The notes under the pieces: generated by a model
What the model was told of the DNA's origin: nothing
The model's database searches: none
Seen by the model: only the letters and a program-made list of their open reading frames with translations
Translations under genes and position numbers: made by a program
Shown here: in pieces, positions 53,611-64,000 of the stretch
Position numbering within the stretch: the first letter of the stretch is position 1
How the letters are laid out: each line of letters starts with the position of its first letter
NCBI GenBank assembly: GCA_013265495.1
Contig: MU058054.1
Coordinates: 310,001 to 374,000, forward strand
From: Vicugna vicugna
Taxonomy: Eukaryota
Direction of reading: 5' to 3'
DNA: 64,000 bases

Positions 53611-56182
53611 TCTCATCCTCACCTTCTGGCTCCTGGTCCAGAGTTCTTTCACACAGGCCAGGCTTCTGAGTTTGCCACTAGTGAAGAGAGCTGAGATCTG
53701 GTGCCCTGATTTGACTCTGAGCTCAGAGTAGCAATACCCTGGCACTACCCCCAGCCCTGGGCACAGAAGGGGTACAAAACTATGAGATCTTAAGGTTATA
53801 TGGAAAGCCTTCACGTGTTCAAGGACCAGACCAGCAAGGTAGCAGTTAAGATGAGGCAGTCCTCAGCCCGGTACATGGAGCTCTGATTCCATGGCTGCCC
53901 TGTACGCTAGTGAGTTTCCTATCACTGGAGCTGTCCAACTGGTTGCTTTTTAGAGATAGAGTCGAAAGGTTTGATTCAACGATGTCTGGGATCCTTTGCC
54001 CATCCTGAGTCTGTGATTCACTCCTGCCTATTCCACTTGGGATTCTGCGACACCACACCGGCCACAGCACAACAGTGAGCACGTGAGCCATTCTGTTTGC
54101 CCAACCTGTGTGAGAAGGCCATCTCACAGTGTTTGGGGGTTCAAGTGAAATAATATGGGCCATTTCATAATCCAGGCTCTGCGATACTATAGAAATAAAC
54201 GTTTTTCTTCATGTCTTTTATTTGAGGGCAAAAGGGAGGGCAGGAAAGGAATTTAGAAAGTACCCCTTCCCAATCTTCAGTCTACAGCACAAAGCCTGTA
54301 AAATAAATGCCAACTCCACCAAGAGCAATGAAGTGCACAAACTTCTGTTGAAAGACCTGGGAAACAGGCCTGATGGTGTCAAAGCTGCTTCTATTATTTG
54401 AAATACAATTCCCAATTTGGTGACAATATTCTATCACGACTCAAGGAATACAGTCCGCACCCACCCCCAACTCTGGCATAACGGTGCTTGCTAACTTGGG
54501 AGTCCAGCGCATTAGAATTTTCCAACTTCCACTTGACTGATTAAGTAAATGTATACTTTAAACATTCCAGAAAACAATGCTGCAAAGGTAGACAGGCTCT
54601 TCCCAATTTCGACCAGAGCCTTTAAAAGCTGCATTTGTCAAATGCAACGGCGATCTTTTTCTTAGACTTATCACTTGGCAAATCTCGCTGATTAAGGACG
54701 CTAGGCATTAGGAAACTCAAGAATACAGCGACATTCTCAATCTTTGGCATTTTTTAAAACAGATGGCTTGCAAGTTTTCTACTAAGACTTGTTTGAGAGA
54801 CATGCTGCACTGTGCTTCTTATTTACAAAATTAAGGGGATTACACAAATTGGCCAAACAGTGAATTGTTTAAAAATTACTGACAGAATAAGAGGCTTACC
54901 AAGATAAATATTCTAATGAGCTATAAATCCTGAAAATGTGATTTTAATTTGATGGGCTACCTAGAGCTAAGCAGCAAGGCTGTCTACACTAAAATCTCAC
55001 TAGATGCAAGCATGCGTGCCAAGCCATTACATTTTAGATTTTCTCTTTAAGGGAAAGATTATGTTTAAACAAAGAAGCCTACAAATTTGAAAGGTGAGAC
55101 TGACACCCTCGAACCTAACAACCTGGACGATTTCTCTCGCGCTTATCTGATGGCTTTAACTGCAAAAGAAAAAGGATACAAAAGAGACATTTCAGCGTGT
55201 GAAGGGTCTTTAAACGTCCACATGGGTACCAGGAGAATTTGTTTAAAACTGCTTATAACGATGGTAGAGAGAATGAGCCCCATCCCATTATTCAATAACC
55301 ATGTTTGTGATGCATCTGCATAATCTAACCATGCATAAATTAGTATGTGTAATACAACACTTATTTGCATAATAATAGCAAGTTAATAGATGCTTAAAGA
55401 GCAGAGACCAACACCACCTTTAAATCAGACATGCCTCCGGGCACTTTGGCCTGTACAGACCAAGATGCCAGAAAAACTGTGAGCGTCAACCAGAGGAAAA
55501 CAGTCAAATCATTCATTTTTCATCCCTCTAGACATTTCACTTATTTCCCCCCACACACTGGGGAATCATTTTCAAACCACAAAACAGCTTTATATTTTAA
55601 GTGGAGCACCCTTCCATAATAAAAGTCTTAAAGAAATTACTATAAAGATTATCATCAGCAGTGGTAACATAATGGACACTTTGTTTTCTTAGAAATGTAG
55701 ATAGGGAGGGCACTTTTAAAAATAAGAGTATGTTCAAAATCACACGCACATAAAATTGCAAATATTTGCAAAAAAATAATGACCTAGATTAGACATTTTC
55801 ACCCTTTACCTCAATCCTTTAATTCAAATAACTAATTGAATCCAAACACTCGAATAGTGTATAAAGAAAAGGCTGTGTCTCTCCTTCACCCTCAGTATGA
55901 GCACATGGTACCGGGCTGGGATGAGGAAAAACATCACCCATGTCACACAAAGGAAGAGAATGATGAAGGCTTTCAACCCTTAACAAAGAGGAGAAAGATC
56001 TGGAGTTTAAAAAAAAAATCAAAATCAATAGAGACTTCTAAACGACTGCTTTAAGATATCACTTTTCAATTTAACAGGACAGATTTATTTGTATGTGGCT
56101 CAAATGTTCACAATTGCTCCCTGCACCTTCATACATAGGAATGAATGTCACAGTGGCAAACGGCAGTAATGAACAATCTTAC

Positions 56183-56212
56183 CTGAGGATATGGAAACCT
56201 CCCAAGAGCAAG
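56183..56212 (-). CDS. MAP2K5: MAP2K5 (MEK5) coding exon, LALGRFPYPQ (exon 17 in human numbering)
   Basis: Minus strand reads tttcctttcccag|CTTGCTCTTGGGAGGTTTCCATATCCTCAG|gtaag. 30 nt, phase 0/0. The peptide matches MEK5 just after kinase subdomain IX. Confidence 0.97.
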
Positions 56213-57655
56213 CTGGGAAAGGAAATAATATTTGTCTAGTTATAGATTTGCATGCAGGGCAGGTTTCCTTAAGACAGACAAGTACTAAATATCAGAATTG
56301 TATCCAGCAAATACAAAAAGCTCACAACCTTAAATGTATGATGTAAATTATTGCTGTAATTACATTGAGAGTTGTATTTAGAATGGACATTTACATTAGA
56401 CAATGTTGTATCCCTGACAAAATATTTTACCTTTAACAACTACACATGACCCTTATGTGGTTTCTCCCAGGAACGTGCTCAGCTCTACCGACATTACTCA
56501 CATGTCCAAGTGTATGACAATTTCTTCCGGACTGAGATGTACAACTATAGGAGACTGCTGGCTCTTCCTCGTGTAAAATATTAATTGTTCCTAGCTCACA
56601 GCTCTGTAGAATTTCCAGTTACAAGTATTACAGGAAGAGTTGCAGGATATAGGGGATGGGCCGTATGAAACCGAAAGTTTTGCCATTATTTTCATCTATT
56701 TTTTAGTTTTTTTCATCCATTCGTAGTTAGAAGAGCTACTACTAGGGAGAAAATGGCATTTCAAGGCTGTGAAGCTGGAACTATCCACCTAAGTCTGAAA
56801 TTGGGAAAGTGAATTCTTAGAGCTTCCAGTTTTGCTTGATTTGGAAACTGCTATGTGTTTCCTGGCCACTCACTTAATTTTGGTCTTTGAATGCCCACCT
56901 GTGAAAACAAAATGATTCAACCAGGAACAGGACCGATAAAAGTAATAAGATCAAAAAACCCAAAATACCATAATTTACTTAAAGAAAATAGTGGCTAAAT
57001 TTTGCAGTTTCATAATGTGGCCCATCCTCAGACCTGAAATCCTTTACATGTATCTGTAACTATTTTCAAAGTAGAATTGTCACATCAAGGAACTTTGAAG
57101 CTGCAGGAGCCAAGGAAATATCAGTCCATTTACAGATTAGAACCCCAGAGTCTCACTGAAGATGTTGCCACATAGTTAATCAGCAGAAGCCTAGGGACTG
57201 ACCCAAGAATTCCAACTTAATCCGGTGTTCTTTTCAGCGTATGACATTTCTTTTCTAGATCTTGAGAAGCTGTGCATTTATTTCAAAGACACTAACACTA
57301 CTTAAATATTTCTGAACTCTTTTTTTGGAACTGTCTTTAGAATCATTTCAAATAACAGACGACAATGATTTAATTTTATTAGAATTGCTTCTTATCTCGA
57401 ACTTAAAATTGTATTTCTCTGCTTTTTCGATCATGCGAATTATTTGTTGACTAAGGTCTGATTGGTCTACAGGTATTACCAAAACCCAAAGCCACCTTCA
57501 AAGAATAAATATTTTGTTCCTTACTAAGGATAGACATGACGGTGCTGAGGTTAATTTTTTAAATTCTAAAACCAGTTTGAGCAACAGCCATGTAATAGGA
57601 ATAAACCGTATGACCATGAAAGGTGACTACTTTGAAAGAGCCAACACTCATTTGG

Positions 57656-57656
<1 letters not shown>

Positions 57657-57694
<38 letters not shown>
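57657..57694. repeat. (TG)19 microsatellite
   Basis: Seen directly. Confidence 0.95.
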
Positions 57695-57698
<4 letters not shown>

Positions 57699-58134
57699 GG
57701 AAGTTTTGGTAAGTTTTGTTACCTTGTACTCAGAATTCTCAGAGTTTCAAGATACAGAATTATATTATCACTATTTCACTTGGTGGATGAAATTAATCTG
57801 TTCAAGCATGAATAACAAAAACATCAAAAGATGGGGTGAAGGAAAGACAGTGTGGATGTTAAACTCCCCTTCACCATCTCATGTAATTATGCTTGTTGTC
57901 TATATATTGTTATTAATCAGGAAGGAAAGGGACTCAGCTCTCCGCTGTCCCCACTCCACCCCCACCCAATATAGGCCATCAATTTGACTTACATTTTGTA
58001 AATATAGTGTGTTTCTGGCCAATGAGATGATGCACACTGATCCACTGTGGTCTACTGCAGCAGTCATGGGTGGACTAGGTGTTTGCACCATTCTGTACTG
58101 AACTGACAGTGACAGCTCACCAAAAGCTGTCACC

Positions 58135-58673
58135 CACAAGAGAACAGTTGGACTTGGTTGATTTTTTTAGAACATTACATCCCACCAAAACAGAATATAC
58201 ATTCTTTTCAAGTGCTCATGGAACATTCTCTAGGATAGACCACATACTAGGGCACAAAAGAAGCCTCAACAAATTTATAAGGATAGAAATTATTCCAAGC
58301 ATCTTCTCTGACAACAATGGCATGAAACTAGAAATCAACCACAGAAAAACAAATGAGGGAACAATGACAGCATGGAGACTAAACAATACGCTATTAAAAA
58401 ACCAATGGTTCAATGATGAAATCAAAGAAGAAATTAAAAAATACCTTGAGACAAATGACAATGAAAACACAACCACACAAAATCTATGGGATGCAGCAAA
58501 AGCAGTACTAAGAGGGAAGTTCATAGCGATACAGGCCTTCCTCAAAAAAAGAACAATCTCAAACAACCTAACCTACCAGCTAAAAGAATTAGAAAAAGAA
58601 GAGCAAACAAAATCAAAAGTCAGCAGAAGGAAAAAATTATAAAGATCATGGAGGAAATAAATAAAATAGAGAT
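58135..58673 (+). mobile_element. Isolated LINE-1 ORF2 fragment encoding the C-terminal part of the APE-like endonuclease and the following linker
   Basis: ORF 58079-58642 contains [37 protein letters not shown]...[13 protein letters not shown]...[18 protein letters not shown]. Confidence 0.95.
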
Positions 58674-61600
58674 CAAGAGCTATCACCTCTCATCTCACTG
58701 ATCTGTGGATTACGAATTTTGCATATTCTTCCATTTTGAGTTAGGAAAGTACCAAGAGGAGGGTCTCTCATCTGAAAAAGCTAACAGCCTAATAACTGCT
58801 AGAAAATACTCAGAATATTCTCTTTCAAGCCCTTCTACAGGTGCTGCGCCATGCACTCTGGCACATGTCGAACATGTCATTAGGGCCTGTGGAAGAATTC
58901 TGTCCACGTTGCTTACCAGCAGGATAAACCTGCCCACCAAACATACAGTTAAGGTCCAAACTACCTGGCTGGTGCCAAAACTGGCCATTGGTTCTTCCAG
59001 ATTAAAGAACTAAGCAACGATAAATGGAAGGCTTTAAAAAAAAAACAGTGCGATAAGGTAAAAAATGTGAACCTTTTCCACTTTAACACAAAGCCTCCAA
59101 TTTTCAAGTCATCACTGTCCTATGGAGAGGTGAGGCTACAGCCGACTTGGGAACGTGCACTCATCTACTCGGCCCCTTCTCACAACTGGTGAGAGGTAGT
59201 CAGGCTGGCGGATGTCACTCGTTTACTCTGTAAGAGACCTTCATGCAAGAGAATAGAGAGAAATTCAGCTGGGAGCCTCTCTGCACCAGCCTGCTTGGGA
59301 ACAGGTGGCGGCGCTCGAACTAGCGAACTCATTCTAGGGACTGGCTTTACTTCTGTGCGTTTTCCTGATATCCTGCGGAAACTCAGTCTTACCTGTCAAC
59401 TACATTCCTGGGAGAACTGCTTCTAAGGCATCTTGTAGGTCTGATCTCTTTTTGTATCAGGGGACAGAGAAGGGCTCCTTGTCCCTGACCAGAGCAGCAC
59501 AGCCAGCATTCCCTCTCTCACAGTGTCACCACTGGGCTGCTCCAAGGGCAGGCCAAGGATTCCAGTTCTGCGCCAGTGACAACTGGCAGCAATCCTATGA
59601 GCCTGGCACCAGAAGCAGTCGTTTTCAAGGCCCTAGGAGAGGGAGCTGCCTTCCATGCACGTCTCTGTCCTTTCAGGTTTAATGCGGCTGCAGTGTTTAT
59701 GCTCCACGCTATTTGTCTTGTGGCAAAATAGAAGGAAACAGATAGCCAGGGCCTAGAACCTTTTTATCAAGTTCAATTAGGAGAAGGTAAAAAAGGAAAA
59801 GGGCTCGTAGCAGATATGGCTGAGGCTGTCAGAAGTCAAAATAAACACTGAACCCTTATGGGGAAGAGGGAGCACATATGCTATATGAGTGAGTATTTCA
59901 GAGACAGACAGACCTGGGGCCATTCTGTATCTTTTACCCCTACTGGTCTATTAATCTACTTGCATTTCCCCAGTTTTTATTGTCAAGGTATTATAAATTA
60001 GGAAACTTACAAAAGAGAGTATGTAATCTTCTCTGAAATGGCCTGCAGATATGTCACTGTACTAAATGTGTTTCAGATTTAATGAAGCTTTAATGTCCTT
60101 TTTAATTTTGCCTGTTTCTGTATCACCAGGGGTCGGGCAAGGCAATCAGCACTCAAGAGGGTGGTTTGGTTTAAAACTAAGAAAAAACTCATTTGCTTAT
60201 GAGTTGCACTGTATTTTCTTAATTAAATTTACTGAGTAAAATGGTTTAAGTTCAGCCAACCAATGACCTCTGGATGTAGATTTAGATTTATAAATAGGTT
60301 AACAGTTAAAAGAAGAAGAAAAAAAATAAGAGTCACAACAAAGCACACAGATTAGGGCTAAGCCAATAGAAATCTTTGCTCTCTTTATCATCTTTACAAA
60401 AGAAGCATTAAAATTTAGGCAGCTTAAGTCCAGTTTAAAAAAAAAGGATATTGAAAAGTGTGGATACACATAAGTGCCCGCAATTCATCAAAAGACTCTA
60501 ACATCCTTTTCATTCCCAGGAGGGGAGCAGCTCACATTGCAAAAGATTTGGAAAAACTTTATTTATTTTGTGGGGGAGGGGGCATGTGTGGAGGTAGAGA
60601 TGGGGAAGGGAAAGGATTCTATTTAATGTCAAATTAAAAAGTGCTTTTTAATTCCAAATACTTAACATTCAGCAAACTGCTAAATACTCTGTTCCTTGTG
60701 GGAGATTTATTATGCAAAAGACAGAAAAAAAATGCTCTGAAAACATTGGGAATCCACTTAAATAACAGTAAGCCACTAACATTTCACTGTAAAACTAGGA
60801 CTGTTCCTTAGTGTTATCTTATTGATCTCTGATTTCTCCAATCAATCCATGAAATACTCTTGAGTTAGCAGCATTTGAATATGTTGGATTTTATAGTTTA
60901 AATAACAAATACATGTGTGGGTGTAATCATAACAATTGCCACATATGTAACAACTGCATGATAGAAGCCTTTGCATTTTAACAAAAAGTTAGGGTAGAAG
61001 ATATTTACTTACGAAGCAACAAAAATGGCTTCTGCTGATAATAAGAATAATTACTGTCATGAAGCCATAAATGGTAAAGAGAAAACATACAATGTAGCCA
61101 GAAAGCAAGGGCAGGACACAAATTCAGGATATGTTTTTGGTGATCAAGTTTCCAACTTAATAACATCTACAATGTGGGGGTAGTTTTAAATTTATAGTTC
61201 TACTGAAGAACGCTGGATTTTATCAATTCTTAATTTAGACTTATTCTATATTTTTCAGCATAACTGCAAATTGAAAATGAGCATTTCCAATATAGCCAGT
61301 GAACTAGCTGTAGGAGGATTTTATAGCCTGAAACGTTCTAAAATTTCTTCTTAATTACCTTGTGCACATTTTACACAATTAAATTTCCATCTAAGGATTT
61401 TGCATTTAGATTGTGCATTGCGGGTAGACCTTCATTTTATAGAAATGCAGCAGCCACTTTGGAACACTCAGACACAGGGAAACTTTAAAAAAAAATCAGA
61501 CTTAACTACTGGATTACATAAAATTCCCTAGGTGAGATTTCATCCCAAGACCAATTTACACAGTCCTAGAGAGAGTTTAAATCATCTGAAACTATGCTGG

Positions 61601-63777
61601 GTGAAGGACCACAATAAATATTAAATACCTCAAAATCTACCCTAAGGTTTGACTTTTCTTCCCATGTATCAATTTCACTGTCCTCTTACTGAATGGTTTA
61701 AGAACAATCCAAAGGATGTAACAGCAATTTACCAGTGTTAAAGTGCTTTGGAGGTTAAACTGACAACAAAGAACAGAGAAACACAAGGCGTCTTGAAGTA
61801 GGGTTTCAATTAAATGTGGAGGATTTAGTAATGCAGTACCAAAAAAAAAAAAAAAAGAGTTACAAATTAATTTAATCTTCTGCCTATAGTTTGCAGCTGC
61901 ACTCCAAAGTGTCTAGGGCTTAAGAACAAAGCCTTGAAAGGCTTCGGAGTGAGGAAAGCTTCAATTTTTAATGTATAACGCCATTAGCTGATAACTTGTG
62001 GAATCTGCAACCCCTGCGGAGGGGCATAAGTGCGAGTAACAGAGACTGATGAAGTGACATGTTTGTTCCTGTCTACAACGATGAGGAAGAGGGTTATTAC
62101 TAACACCGTCAGGCCCAACAGAAATACGCCCTAATAACCTTTGGGACCCTCCACGTTATCAGTTCTCACTACATCAAATATATTAAAATCAAAACCTAAT
62201 TCACTTTCATTAAAGACGATTAGTTTTACTCTTACTGTTTTACCTTGTAGGATATGATAATACATTGCCAATTAAAGGAGGAATAATAAATGTACTAAAA
62301 GCATCAAACTGGGTACACCTTTTCATCCGTGCTTGGTGAAATTAGCTTAGCAGTAGTGTCTATTTAAGGACATTCAAAACAACCATCATTAAAAGTGGCG
62401 TGGAAACATTTCACCCTAAAAAGAATACAGAAGAACCAAGTGTATCTTTTCCCTATTCAATGGATACCTCTTTTCATAGAATGCTTTCGTATAAAGTCCA
62501 AGAATTTCTTTAACACAAACAGAATTATGGCCCAATAGAGGCACCAGAAACTTAATTAATTTGCCCGAGGTCATACTGCAGGTTGGTGGCAAAGCCTGTT
62601 AAATTACTCGGAACTCTGGGCTCTACAGATGTTTTGGCAACGGCGAAGGCCCCAGAGGCTTCCACTGTAGTGGGTAAACCTCGGCAAGTAACGCATGACG
62701 CCTGTATACAAAGGGCTAAGTGCTCTGGAGAGCTAACAACGTTTTCTTTGTGTACAAAGAACCTAGATGTGAGGTTCCCATCAGGAGTGCTTCTCAACAT
62801 GTGCCCAAATTTTAAAAAAGAACTACTCATCCTCACCAGAGTCCACTGGTAAAAAGTACACTGATTTTAACGTCAGGGTCCCAGATACAGGAGCGCAAAG
62901 AAGTAAGTTGAACATTTCTCCATCACTCAGAAGGTCCTGCCTTCTATCTGGCAGATCACTAATAATAATGGAGAAAAGACAGCATCACAAATAAATGTTT
63001 CTAATACAGTGTTGTTGTTTGTTTGTTTGTTTTTTTAAATTAGAAACGGGCTTATTACAGTGGACACTTAAATGGGGCCAGGGCAACAGTAATTCACAAG
63101 TACAATATCCTAATGCTGTTCCTTTAATTGCTTTATTTGTTTTACTGTTAAAAATGATTGCTTGCTGTAGTCTAACCATGAATGCTGAAAAGCATGATAC
63201 ATTGAGGTCTCAACCTGGGCAAACTGTACCTAAACTTACACTTTATTGCAGCTTAGTTCACAATCTTCGCCTAATATAGGGTTATATCCCAGTGCAGCAG
63301 GGGGATAAATCATCCTGGAATATTACTCTGGCAAAGTTTAGCTGTGACTGGAGCATATGTGTTTTCGAGCCACTGAAGCAAAGGCCCATAAAATACACTA
63401 ATTACTGGAAGTTATGGTCACTGAGTGATTGATAGCGCTCTGCAAGGCAACTTCCTCATTTTCAGCTCCTCTGACGGGGCTCATCCGCCACATAGCAATT
63501 ATTAATTCATGACCCACCCCTCAGGCACCACTACCTTTACTTCTAATTCTCCTGCTACCCAAACCACTGCTACAGCTGGACACTGTCTTTCTTCATTCTG
63601 ATGGCTGGGTAAGGATGATCAAAAGTAGGTTTTAATGCTAAATGCTATTGTTTTGAATCTTTAAATGTTGCTTGGTCTTTCTAACCCTGCTATCCGAAAA
63701 CACGTAAGGCTCCTTCCTCTCCTTTAACGCTGTTTTACTTGCATCATTTTCTCTTTTTTCCTTAAAAAAGAGCTTGT

Positions 63778-63851
63778 ATGTGTTTATGCATATATATTTA
63801 TATATACGTATGTATATATATGTTTATGTGTGTGTATGTATACATGTGTGT
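63778..63851. repeat. Imperfect (TA/TG)n low-complexity tract
   Basis: 'atgtgtttatgcatatatattatatatacgtatgtatatatatgtttatgtgtgtgtatgtatacatgtgtg'. Confidence 0.85.
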
Positions 63852-64000
63852 AAATATCAATCTGTCTACTTATCCTGCATTAGATCACAAACTCTGCCTG
63901 AATAATTGTTTGAACACTGTAATTTAAATGCAATATATAACTCCAACTAGGCCGTAGTATGTATGAGGCAGCTAACTGATTAAAAAAAAAAAAGGCAACC

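Larger units (their letters stand above)
1..64000 (-). other. MAP2K5: Window lies entirely within the MAP2K5 transcription unit. Complete introns: 37512-56182 (18,671 nt), 37171-37484 (314 nt), 16481-37137 (20,657 nt), 13548-16418 (2,871 nt)
   Basis: The five exons are colinear. Neither the preceding exon (PERISGEQY...) nor the terminal exon (GHPFIVQF...) was found in the window. Confidence 0.9.

Noticed and set aside
58079..58642. 187-aa ORF as a domesticated endonuclease gene
   Set aside because: It has a non-ATG start in flanking DNA, lacks the N-terminal half of the domain, has SDH changed to SDN, and carries frame disruptions near its end.
816..63279. The many 60-160 aa ORFs in the supplied track
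   Set aside because: They show no recognisable domains apart from L1 ORF2 remnants, often use non-ATG starts or run through microsatellites, and have lengths expected by chance in intronic DNA.
1..64000. CRISPR arrays, operons, defence systems or other prokaryote-type novel systems
   Set aside because: The sequence is spliceosomal-intron mammalian DNA with no repeat-spacer arrays, long ORFs or foreign-looking segment that I could detect by eye.

Overview
This is mammalian genomic DNA, most likely a camelid (inferred from a Vic-1-type tRNA-derived SINE). The whole window lies inside MAP2K5 (MEK5), which is transcribed on the minus strand. Five short GT-AG coding exons (56183-56212, 37485-37511, 37138-37170, 16419-16480, 13502-13547; 198 nt) splice in frame to LALGRFPYPQ-IQKNQGSLM-PLQLLQCIVDE-DSPVLPVGEFSEPFVHFITQC-MRKQPKERPAPEELM. 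This is the C-terminal part of the MEK5 kinase domain (exons 17-21 in human numbering as I recall it). None of these exons appears in the supplied ORF track, and the upstream exons and last exon lie outside the window. The rest is intron: L1, L2, MIR, MER5 and Tigger fragments, one SINE, microsatellites, and several repeat-poor blocks rich in homeodomain/TALE motifs that look like developmental enhancers. I found no second protein-coding gene, RNA gene or multi-gene novel system. The best leads are (i) an internal L1 endonuclease fragment with no 3' end or poly(A) but with an apparent target-site duplication, (ii) RBFOX and UGC motifs at the in-frame microexons, and (iii) PBX/MEIS/HOX motif clusters, including a recurring TTGATWATGACA element. 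Repeat family names and boundaries were assigned by eye and are approximate.
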